Shown one piece after another: positions 1 through 8,046 of a stretch of DNA of 30,963 nt. The stretch comes from a virus. Taxonomy: Duplodnaviria; Caudoviricetes. How positions within the stretch are numbered: position 1 is the first letter of the stretch; each line of letters begins with the position of its first letter. Location of the stretch: positions 1 through 30,963 of IMG/VR virus record IMGVR_UViG_3300012952_000074; one strand, given 5' to 3'. The notes beneath the pieces were generated by a model. That model did not search any database. It saw only the letters and a program-made list of their open reading frames with translations, and was not told the origin of the DNA. The translations under genes and the position numbers were made by a program.

Positions 1-1210
1 CTTTCTTTACAAGCTTTGCGGCAGAAGACATATCTAAATCTAAAACTTTTCCTGACGCGATTCCTGTCATACTAACACCAATGAGAGCTTCTTTTTCTGT
101 TGTCCTTCTCCAGACATCTCTTAGATAGTGGAAATCTGTGTATCCCGCTTGCAAAGTTGCTATGAAAGAGGCAGCGCGCGAACGATTCTCATAGTCTTCT
201 TGTGATTCAATATTAGATACGTTTACTTCAACTAGATTACAAAACTGATATGGGCGAAGAGCAATCTCAGCGCATGGATTAGTGCCGTAATCTTTGTCAT
301 TCGAAAAATAAAAACCGGGTTCGCCACACTTCGAAGCTTTAACTCGATCCCATAAATTCATAAAGAACTCTTTCTCAACTCTATGTCTTAGCAACACAAC
401 AGAATTATTGGCGCGGCCTCTCTGAGGATTTTCTTCCCACCAGTTTCCCGTTTTGGCTGCTAGCATTTCGTTATCGTCTGCGCTGAAGAGTGAGATTAGT
501 GCGGCGCGGCGGATGCCGCCAGCAAGAACTGCGTCAGCAATATGACAAACAACATCATGAACTTCCATAGAGGTTAGTTTGTCTCCATTTTGTTTCTCCG
601 ATAAGATACCCTGAACCTTGACCAAACATTCTCTTAGAGGCTGCGGGCCAGGAGCTTTACCACCAGAGGTCAGAAGCGCTTCTCCTTTAGCTCGAATATC
701 ACTAAAATCAAAGCGTATCTTTGAACCTCCGAAAAAATAATTTCTAATCAAAGCTTTTACAGCGTCGGCCCAGCCCTCTATAGAATCAGCTATAAGAAAT
801 CTTCTGCTTCTATTTTCATTTGGCTTTTGGATTTCTGGTAGCTTCTCTACATGGTGTCTCTGGACAGAAAAACCAACGCCAGTGCCGCCCAATAAGAGAA
901 ACATGATTTCACCAAACGCACGCCAGTCGTCGACAGGACAGAAAGCACAGTTAAAAATTCTGTTAGGAGCAACCTCAATTGGTTTACCACCAAACTGTAA
1001 AGAGCGCATCGAAGGAAGTACCTTTTTTTCAAACACGAGCTTATAATTTTTTTCAATATCGTTCTTAAGCTCTGGATACTTTTTGATATGCATTCGCATG
1101 TTTCTAGTAACAAGCTCGTGCCATGTCTCTCTTCTGTTTTTCTCCTCAAGGTACTTTGCATATTTCATGTATACTGTGATATCTGATAATATCTGACTGG
1201 CTAAGTCCAT
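1..1210 (-). CDS. nrdJ: Class II (adenosylcobalamin-dependent) ribonucleotide reductase, 3'-truncated by the window edge
   Basis: Not in the ORF track because there is no stop in the window. Manual translation from ATG 1210 (AAAGGAG SD upstream) gives MDLASQILSDITVYMKYAKY...RRETW...VLPSMRSLQFGG...IFNCAF...LLLGGTGVGFSV...VLAGGIRRAALISL...RANNS...GEPG...GTNPCAEIAL...QFCNLVEVN. The frame stays open to position 1. Confidence 0.93.
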   Translation of the reverse strand, partial: MDLASQILSDITVYMKYAKYLEEKNRRETWHELVTRNMRMHIKKYPELKNDIEKNYKLVFEKKVLPSMRSLQFGGKPIEVAPNRIFNCAFCPVDDWRAFGEIMFLLLGGTGVGFSVQRHHVEKLPEIQKPNENRSRRFLIADSIEGWADAVKALIRNYFFGGSKIRFDFSDIRAKGEALLTSGGKAPGPQPLRECLVKVQGILSEKQNGDKLTSMEVHDVVCHIADAVLAGGIRRAALISLFSADDNEMLAAKTGNWWEENPQRGRANNSVVLLRHRVEKEFFMNLWDRVKASKCGEPGFYFSNDKDYGTNPCAEIALRPYQFCNLVEVNVSNIESQEDYENRSRAASFIATLQAGYTDFHYLRDVWRRTTEKEALIGVSMTGIASGKVLDLDMSSAAKLVKK

Positions 1211-1221
1211 GGCGTTCTCCT

Positions 1222-2580
1222 TTATTGTCTTCGACTTTCTTTGTAAATATTCTTGATCTTCTCTCTTTGTTTCTTAAGGGCACTTCTGCTATCAACCTGA
1301 TCTATCGTTTCGTCAACAGGCTCAAGCACTTTTATTTTAACCCTTGAAGTATCCATAAATAGTGGATATATTAAACCATCCGGCCCATTTCTATTTTTTG
1401 CTATAAACATTCTACCGGTATTATTATTTTTATTCTCGATCGTTCTTGATATTGAAAATATAAAATCAGCGATAAAGCACTTGTTAAATGCTTCTGAAAT
1501 AGATTCCATAGTGATAACTTCTGCGTTCAATCCCGACCTGTTAGTTTGAGAAGCTGTCCATACAGGACATTCGTACTCTTGAGCTATGGCTCTGAGTTCT
1601 TCATAAATAGATTCTAATTCGTTTCTTTTCTCTCGAAAATTATTTGTTGGTCTCAGGATGTCACCGTAATCAACGATAATCATATCTACCGTCTTATCTT
1701 TTCTTTTAAGCTTTTCTAAATGATTACGCAGAGTTCGAGGAGAAGCCGTCTTGGTTGGATATTCTTTTAGAATTAATTCACCTTCTACTTCGATACAAGT
1801 TTCGTAAACATTTTCTTTTAAAGAGAACAAATCTTTTAGAGGCAAGCCGCTAAGACAGCTATCATACCGAAGACCAACAACTGCCTCGGAAAGTTCAAGC
1901 GTATAGTGTACAACGTTCTTTCCTTTCTTAAGAGCGTCAGCACCTAGGTGAACTAAAGCCATGGATTTGCCGGCTCCTGTAGGTGCAATGACAACCCCAA
2001 GTTCTCCCTTGCCCAGGCCGTCTTTACATATCTTATCAATAAGATCCCAGCCAGTCGACACAGGGTTCCGAGCTTTTATTTGATATCTAGCTTCGAAATC
2101 TTTCTTGTAATCGTGACCGTAATCATTATCTAATCCTAATTTAGTTGCCTCATCAATAACAGTTTTGATGTCTTCATAAGAAGAAGACTCCAACAAATTG
2201 ACAGACTTGAGAATAGCTTCTTTCAGTTTCTGTTTTTTGCAGAAGTCTAGAGAAGTTGTCTTAATATATTCTTCAGCGTCAATGTTATTTTTATTAATTC
2301 TTGTAAAAAAATCTCGAACCTGTTTTTGAATCACAGGGTTCTCTTCTTCCAGAGAAGACCTCAGTAACATCGTCAAAGTCTCTGCGCTCGGATGAGTATC
2401 AAACTTCTCTCTGTAGTCGAACACTAACTTAGTGAACACCCTCAGATATTTTAATTCAAAGAACGTTACATCCAAGACCTCTTCCATTTGATCACAAAAA
2501 GGGCGATCTTCTAGAAGAAGTTGAACTAACGATTCTTGGAATAGCTTTCCAAATTTTGAGAAGTCTTGAGTTGTATTCAT
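1222..2580 (-). CDS. Replicative DNA helicase, DnaB/T4 gp41 family
   Basis: Walker A APTGAGKS, YTLELSE, Walker B IIVDYGD, WTASQTNR, AKNRNG. Confidence 0.92.
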   Translation of the reverse strand: MNTTQDFSKFGKLFQESLVQLLLEDRPFCDQMEEVLDVTFFELKYLRVFTKLVFDYREKFDTHPSAETLTMLLRSSLEEENPVIQKQVRDFFTRINKNNIDAEEYIKTTSLDFCKKQKLKEAILKSVNLLESSSYEDIKTVIDEATKLGLDNDYGHDYKKDFEARYQIKARNPVSTGWDLIDKICKDGLGKGELGVVIAPTGAGKSMALVHLGADALKKGKNVVHYTLELSEAVVGLRYDSCLSGLPLKDLFSLKENVYETCIEVEGELILKEYPTKTASPRTLRNHLEKLKRKDKTVDMIIVDYGDILRPTNNFREKRNELESIYEELRAIAQEYECPVWTASQTNRSGLNAEVITMESISEAFNKCFIADFIFSISRTIENKNNNTGRMFIAKNRNGPDGLIYPLFMDTSRVKIKVLEPVDETIDQVDSRSALKKQREKIKNIYKESRRQ

Positions 2581-2589
2581 TACACGTCT

Positions 2590-2618
2590 ATATTAGTACT
2601 ATTCGTTCTTATTGTCAA
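2590..2618 (-). promoter_or_regulatory. Sigma70-type promoter for the helicase
   Basis: TTGACA (2618-2613), 17-nt spacer, TAATAT (2595-2590), ending 9 nt before the ATG. Confidence 0.7.
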
Positions 2619-3564
2619 GAACAATCCGGTTAAAGATTTGAAAAAGGCTGTTCCAGTTATATTCACCGAAACCATCCTGAATCATCATCTTTGTAATCTC
2701 TGTTTTGTTAAAAGTTATTTCCGGATCTTGCACTGCATCGCGTGTTAACTTCTTTGCTTTTGGACTCAAGAAAGGAGAGTATAGTTGCATCATCTTATAG
2801 TTTTTTTCTAGAACGTCACTGTTCTCAACTACATTCTGATATGCTTTTAAGCTTGTATCGACATTGGTGGAATAGTCAATAATCTCTTTTAAAGAATATG
2901 ACTTTTCTTCTGACAGGAATGGAAACCTCTTCTTCACAGTCGCTAACCCGATGCTACCAACTCCCGGCAGGTTATCAGACTTATCTCCCACCATCGCTCG
3001 TGCTACAGCAAAGTTGTTCGGGTGGATACCAAACTTCTCTATAATATTATTTTTGTTTAAGGTTTCTTTTTGAACTGGTCGAATCAACACCGTTTTGTCA
3101 TCAAGTAATTGATAAAAATCTTTATCACTCGATACAATTACTTTCTGCCAATCTTCAAAATACTTAAGATTCTTAACATACGCGACGATATCGTCTGCCT
3201 CAATATTTGGAAGCATAATCTGTGATATAGGGCAGAAATTAAAATACTCAAGCAGTCTCATTTGCTGCCAAATTTTATTCTCCAACTCTTCATTTTCAGT
3301 AAGGTTTCTTATAGAGCGGTTGAGGCGCAAGGGTTTGCGACCAGCTTTATAATCCTTAACCATAGATTTTCTTCGCTGCGAACCGTTCTCTCCATCCCAA
3401 CATATAACTATCCTGTCAGGTTTTGTCTCTCTAACGAGCTTCTGAAGGATTTTTAGTGAACCCTTAAGGCCACCAATTGGTTGCCCGTTTGAAGATAAAG
3501 ATGGATCTACTATGTATGCTCTAAAAAACATGTTGAGCATATCAACAATTAACACTCTTTTCAA
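2599..3564 (-). CDS. 5'-3' exonuclease/flap endonuclease (T4 RNase H or PolI N-terminal domain type)
   Basis: LIVD..N.FFRAY, ICWDG, YKAGR, EADD, SSDKDFYQL, and the helix-hairpin-helix segment GDKSDNLPGVGSIG. Confidence 0.92.
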   Translation of the reverse strand: MKRVLIVDMLNMFFRAYIVDPSLSSNGQPIGGLKGSLKILQKLVRETKPDRIVICWDGENGSQRRKSMVKDYKAGRKPLRLNRSIRNLTENEELENKIWQQMRLLEYFNFCPISQIMLPNIEADDIVAYVKNLKYFEDWQKVIVSSDKDFYQLLDDKTVLIRPVQKETLNKNNIIEKFGIHPNNFAVARAMVGDKSDNLPGVGSIGLATVKKRFPFLSEEKSYSLKEIIDYSTNVDTSLKAYQNVVENSDVLEKNYKMMQLYSPFLSPKAKKLTRDAVQDPEITFNKTEITKMMIQDGFGEYNWNSLFQIFNRIVLDNKNE

Positions 3565-3565
3565 T

Positions 3566-3892
3566 TTATGCCTCTGCTGCTACTTTCCTAATTTTTCTAA
3601 CCTGGAAAGAATAAACTCCGTCAACTTTTCTAACACTGTTGATCATTTCTTTTATACTTTCTCTTACCGTCGGCTGCAGCGAGATAAATTTGATCTTGAG
3701 GCGAGTCCTCTGCTTATACAAGCTTAAAGTCTCTGTTGGTTCAGAGTCGACGATGGTGATTCCACAAACTGATCTAATTTCATTTTGGATATCGGTTAGA
3801 TTCTTCCGTGTGCTTGAATTCATCAGAGCAACACATTCAAAAATCTGAACGTCGACGTCTTCATTCAAAAGACTTTCTTTCTGAAGGCTCAT
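3566..3892 (-). CDS. Hypothetical 108-aa protein, possible ferredoxin/ACT-like fold
   Basis: AGGAG SD; fills the gap between recA and the exonuclease; internal duplication EIRSVCGITIV / SVRKVDGVYSF. Confidence 0.7.
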   Translation of the reverse strand: MSLQKESLLNEDVDVQIFECVALMNSSTRKNLTDIQNEIRSVCGITIVDSEPTETLSLYKQRTRLKIKFISLQPTVRESIKEMINSVRKVDGVYSFQVRKIRKVAAEA

Positions 3893-3913
3893 AAAGCTTT
3901 CTCCTACTAATAA

Positions 3914-3921
3914 TAAGTAGT
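3914..3921 (-). promoter_or_regulatory. Putative late promoter element ACTACTTA
   Basis: One-mismatch copy of the ACTATTTA motif in a 35-nt intergenic gap. Confidence 0.5.
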
Positions 3922-3927
3922 TAGCTT

Positions 3928-5040
3928 TTATTCTTCAAGGTCATAAAAATCTGCTGCTGGAGCCGTTCTTTCATCGAACTTCAAAATAACCTCTTCATCG
4001 ATTAACTCCAAGACACGCGTTCTAAACTTGTCCTCTTGCAATTTATCAATCCATTTTGAAGCTTGAAACTTTTCTGTGGAGCCATCAGAATAATTGAGAG
4101 TATACCATGCTCCACCAGAATTAAGGTGTTCAGAACCCTTGATAGCTTCAAGCCAAGACTCTTCATCTTGTACGCCAACAGCATCACCCCAAAGAATCTT
4201 GAAGCTACACTGTCTACCTTGAGTTCCAAACCTAGACTTTTCTAGTTTGACCTTAACTTCTGAGCCGATCCTATATCCTCTGTCGTCCATGACAAAAGAA
4301 TTTTTGGCTTTGCGGCCAGTCAACCAAACACGTAGGCTGTATGTGTAATGCATTGCTTTGCCCCCTGGTGTAAAATAGGGGGTTGTCATAGCTTCAGCTA
4401 CATTGCTCGTGATGTTTGTTTTAAGCTGGTTTAATACCAACAGGGTTGCTCCGGCATTCGCTATTGGCTGAACTAGCTTAGCCATTCCTTTTGATAAGAT
4501 CCTAGGCTTAACAGCCATTGAAGACAAGGGATTAAAATCTCCTTCCTGATCTGCTACAGAAGGGGTTAACGCTAAACTATCCCAAATAAACAACATCTGG
4601 CTTTCATTACTTCCAAGCAAATCTTCTATTGTTTCTAATACAAATTCTACGCTGTTAGCCTGAACATATAGAAGCCTACTCAAATCGCAGCCAGCCTTCT
4701 CCAAAAACGTCGGGTCAATGGCCGACTCACTATCAAAATATACTACATCAATACCCATCTTTTGAGCGCTGGCTGCAACTTGCGCGGCCAGAAATGATTT
4801 ACCAGTTGATTCAAGTCCTGCAATTTCAGAAACCTTGCCAACTGGAATACCCGCGTATTCGCCGCGACAAATCATAGAATCCAACCAGCGTGAACCAGTC
4901 GGAATCCACTCCTTTACTTTTGTGGGGTTATCGTCTACAAGATTGTGGGCTACATCAAACCCTACCTTTCGATTGATAAGCTTTCTCATCTCATCAATGC
5001 TTAGTCTGCCATTGCTTGTTTTTGTCTTACGTTTAGCCAA
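3928..5040 (-). CDS. recA: RecA/UvsX-family recombinase
   Basis: IPTGS..LD, Walker A GLESTGKS, YFDSESA, Walker B IWDSL, LNQL, TPGGKA; TTG start. Confidence 0.93.
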   Translation of the reverse strand: MAKRKTKTSNGRLSIDEMRKLINRKVGFDVAHNLVDDNPTKVKEWIPTGSRWLDSMICRGEYAGIPVGKVSEIAGLESTGKSFLAAQVAASAQKMGIDVVYFDSESAIDPTFLEKAGCDLSRLLYVQANSVEFVLETIEDLLGSNESQMLFIWDSLALTPSVADQEGDFNPLSSMAVKPRILSKGMAKLVQPIANAGATLLVLNQLKTNITSNVAEAMTTPYFTPGGKAMHYTYSLRVWLTGRKAKNSFVMDDRGYRIGSEVKVKLEKSRFGTQGRQCSFKILWGDAVGVQDEESWLEAIKGSEHLNSGGAWYTLNYSDGSTEKFQASKWIDKLQEDKFRTRVLELIDEEVILKFDERTAPAADFYDLEE

Positions 5041-5085
5041 TTAAATTTCCCTATTTTTCCCTGTTGTATATAAAGCAAACTAATT

Positions 5086-5171
5086 ACATAAAGCGGCAGA
5101 GGCTGGTTGATAAACCTAGGGTATATAAGGGGGAATATATATCCAAATCCCTCTGCCGCTTTATGTTTTTT
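5086..5171 (+). ncRNA. Candidate structured small RNA or intergenic three-way junction
   Basis: Perfect 17-bp inverted repeat (5086-5102 / 5150-5166) enclosing two hairpins, followed by a T-run on the + strand. Confidence 0.5.
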
Positions 5172-5173
5172 AG

Positions 5174-5935
5174 CTATCCAAGAAGCTCTTGGAAAGCCTG
5201 ATCTACAGAGTTTGTCTCTTTAGTTTTACTACTGTTAGACTGATACTTTGTAGACTCCGAAGACGCAGATTCTGCATCACTGTCTTCCCCAAGTAAGAAC
5301 TCATCGAGCATGCCTTGGACTTCTGCGGGGCTCTTGCGAGAATCCTCGAAGATATCAGAAAAATCTGGAACTGAATCCAAAAGTCCCTTAACATCGTCCT
5401 GCTTTTCTGCCAACGGGCTAGAGCGGCGACGAGGAGTAATGGTGGTCTGCGGGAACTGTGCTCCTGCCGGCTTACCATATGTAATAACCAAATCGGTACC
5501 GTTTTCTACGTCAGTGATATCACCGTAATCTGGATTTAACACCAACTGTAGAAGCTCCTGATAAGCAGTACGACCGAATCCCCAAACCTTAACGCCTTCT
5601 TTCTCTTGGCCGCGTACAACGACGGGAGCGAAGAAACGCTGGCGCGCGTTTAGCGACTTTGCCATCTTGATGCTCTCATCATCACCCTGCTGATACAGGC
5701 TGCGAACAAAATCATCTAGCGGGCACTGCTCACCAAAGTTCTTCTTCGGGCTCAAGAATGCAGGGTTCTTGCCTACATTATAATGAAACCAGTATTCCTT
5801 AAACGGATCTCCGTCAGCGGTAGGAACAATACGAATAGTCGTATCTCCATCCTGTGGCTTCCAGAAACTGTTCCTGCTGCCGTTGTTGTTCAAAGCTGCT
5901 AGCTTTGACTTCATCTTATCTAAATCGATTCCCAT
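5174..5935 (-). CDS. Single-stranded DNA-binding protein, gp32-like
   Basis: FWKP...IRIVP...PFKEYWFHY, VKVWGFG, YGDITDVENGTD; acidic Ser-rich tail ending in AFQELLG; next to recA. Confidence 0.82.
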   Translation of the reverse strand: MGIDLDKMKSKLAALNNNGSRNSFWKPQDGDTTIRIVPTADGDPFKEYWFHYNVGKNPAFLSPKKNFGEQCPLDDFVRSLYQQGDDESIKMAKSLNARQRFFAPVVVRGQEKEGVKVWGFGRTAYQELLQLVLNPDYGDITDVENGTDLVITYGKPAGAQFPQTTITPRRRSSPLAEKQDDVKGLLDSVPDFSDIFEDSRKSPAEVQGMLDEFLLGEDSDAESASSESTKYQSNSSKTKETNSVDQAFQELLG

Positions 5936-5989
5936 AGTTTTCTCCTGTTAAAGTATGCACAGCGAATCTTCTGCACATCTATTGTTACT

Positions 5990-6018
5990 AGTATCTCACA
6001 TCTAAATGGCGATGTCAA
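5990..6018 (-). promoter_or_regulatory. Sigma70-type promoter (extended -10) for ssb-recA
   Basis: TTGACA (6018-6013), 17-nt spacer ending TG-n, GATACT (5995-5990); A/T-rich stretch upstream. Confidence 0.75.
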
Positions 6019-6025
6019 CACTTTT

Positions 6026-6868
6026 TTAAAGATTTTCTTCCTGAACCAAAGTGGCATGTGCAACGCAGTAAACATAGTTTTGCTGATACTGTGTTGAATA
6101 AATGCCATAAGATATTTTTACATTCTCGTTTTCAGATTTATCTTTAAGTTGTGTGGTAATTTTTTTATACAAATTGCCGGAAGACTGAAGTTGTTCTTCG
6201 TTGATTGCATAATAGAATACTTTTTCCCTTGGCATATTTAAATCATAAAATAGCTTTTCTTCTCCGGTTTCAATGTCCGCAAAGCCAAAGGTAGATATCC
6301 TAGCTGTTTCAACTGGCTCAGAGAAAGTACTCATCTCTGGCTTAATATTTGAGTAGACATTTATCATATGCATCGTTGGTACAATCAAGTTGTTTAGTTT
6401 ATCGTGATACCCAATCACAGGTACATCACCTAATATTTCTTCAACTCTGGGGTTGGAAACAATAAACATTCTTTTAAGCAAACCTGACCTAGCATACTGT
6501 TGTAATATATGAAAAACAACTTTCTCTTGTTTCTTTTTTACCTCAGATAATAATTCTGTGTCTGGCTTTATATAAAGAACATATAAATCTAAGTTTTTCA
6601 TTTTCTCAAGCACTCTTAGGCAAGCACCTGATACATCTCCAGAGCCTCCAAGAACAAAAACAACCGGACCTCTTATCTTATCAAAGAAAGCTTTTTTTAA
6701 TCTTGTCTTGGCATCATAAAGCTCATGGTTATCTTGTTTTGTTATCTTAAGAAAGTTCTCTTCTTCTCTAGCTTCTGAATCAATGTAGAAAGTTTCATAC
6801 TGAGGGTATTGAGAAAATAACTTAGCGACGTTACATCCTGCTTGTCCTAAACCAACTATTGTTCCCAT
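6026..6868 (-). CDS. Divergent tubulin/FtsZ-superfamily protein (PhuZ/TubZ-like)
   Basis: T1 loop IVGLGQAGCNVA, YIDS, degenerate signature LGGSGDVSGA, IVSN, and an H7-like segment DKLNNLI. Confidence 0.78.
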   Translation of the reverse strand: MGTIVGLGQAGCNVAKLFSQYPQYETFYIDSEAREEENFLKITKQDNHELYDAKTRLKKAFFDKIRGPVVFVLGGSGDVSGACLRVLEKMKNLDLYVLYIKPDTELLSEVKKKQEKVVFHILQQYARSGLLKRMFIVSNPRVEEILGDVPVIGYHDKLNNLIVPTMHMINVYSNIKPEMSTFSEPVETARISTFGFADIETGEEKLFYDLNMPREKVFYYAINEEQLQSSGNLYKKITTQLKDKSENENVKISYGIYSTQYQQNYVYCVAHATLVQEENL

Positions 6869-8046
6869 TCTACTTTCCTCATCTCTCCGAAGTTTTTACC
6901 TACAGAAACGTTAACCTTAAAATCTCCAAAATTTGTCCCGGAAAAAATTTTAGCAATATCGGAAATCAGATTTCGCTCTTCTTTTGCGAAGTCAATAACC
7001 AAAGAGTCATGTATACTAAAGGCTATGTAAGATTTCTTATCTTCTAAAAACTTGTCAAGCTCAATCATCTTCCGAAGAAACAAATCGTTTGTTGAACTCT
7101 GTATAATATAATTCAAAGCATGATATCTATCTGATTTTATTTGCCGATCGAATGGAGTGTTAACGGACTGTCCATCCCAATATTTTTCAACAATCTCTTC
7201 TCTTCTGTATGCTCTACTAGACAAAAAATCTTTTGAGTTGGGATTATAAAGCCAAGAGAACACTCTCTTCTTGGCCTCCTCTCTGCTCAAAAGACCTCTG
7301 TATACATTTTTAGCATTCCACTCATGGATATCTTCTTTAGGTTGTTGTTCCTTCAGTAAAGCTAACAACATTCTTAATTCAGCAGCGTTGTAATCTAGCT
7401 CAACAAACAAATCATTATTTGGTTCCAGTACACTTCTGAATTCTTTATCTAAGGTTAGTATGGGAAAGCTATCTTTTTTCACCGACAATCTTCCAGTCTT
7501 TGTTCCGAAAATATCATAGCAAATGTGAGGAGAAGTTTTAGCTATTTTTTTATAAAATCTTCGCCCTCTGTCGCTGATCATATGCCTACTCATCTGCTTT
7601 AGATTGATGTTTAAGTTTCTTTTATTAATCTTATCAACAGCTTTCGTCAACGACAGCAAGAAATCATAGTTGTCTGGCTTCTCATAATTTTGCAACACAT
7701 AATATGTTATTTGATTTTTGATCTCGCAATATTCTTTTAAGAATCTTTCCGGTACCAGATCAAAAAAGCAATTTTTATTTAGATCAATCTTCGCTTCAGA
7801 GAAAGAAGTTAGGAAAGCTTTTAACCTATCACTAATTTCATCGTATTTATACTTTAACCCCTCTGGGCATACCTCGTCAAGGCTCTGGCCATAACAATAT
7901 AAACTAGCATACTCCACGCCATCATCTAGATAGGGCGCATATGCCCAAGTCATTGTAAGGCCTTCAGGGATATCTTCATAGTGCAAGTCACCGTTGAGAT
8001 ACACTGCGGCGCATTCCCTCTTGTTATCTAAAGTTTGAAATAGCAT
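6856..8046 (-). CDS. Miniature family A DNA polymerase (palm motifs intact)
   Basis: TKTGRLS; motif A ELDYNAAELR; DIH; motif B REEAKKRVFSWLY; ALNYIIQS; motif C SIHDSLV; SVGKNF. Confidence 0.88.
   Translation of the reverse strand: MLFQTLDNKRECAAVYLNGDLHYEDIPEGLTMTWAYAPYLDDGVEYASLYCYGQSLDEVCPEGLKYKYDEISDRLKAFLTSFSEAKIDLNKNCFFDLVPERFLKEYCEIKNQITYYVLQNYEKPDNYDFLLSLTKAVDKINKRNLNINLKQMSRHMISDRGRRFYKKIAKTSPHICYDIFGTKTGRLSVKKDSFPILTLDKEFRSVLEPNNDLFVELDYNAAELRMLLALLKEQQPKEDIHEWNAKNVYRGLLSREEAKKRVFSWLYNPNSKDFLSSRAYRREEIVEKYWDGQSVNTPFDRQIKSDRYHALNYIIQSSTNDLFLRKMIELDKFLEDKKSYIAFSIHDSLVIDFAKEERNLISDIAKIFSGTNFGDFKVNVSVGKNFGEMRKVEWEQ

Noticed and set aside
847-1161. 104-aa minus-strand ORF
   Set aside because: Alternative frame inside nrdJ, whose frame carries the recognisable motifs.
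5086-5166. tRNA gene
   Set aside because: Only two internal hairpins, a 17-bp closing stem, and no T-loop (TTCGA) or anticodon arm.
1-8046. Inteins, introns or homing endonucleases in nrdJ, helicase, recA or polA
   Set aside because: The genes are normal or short in length with contiguous motifs and no splice-junction or LAGLIDADG/HNH signatures.
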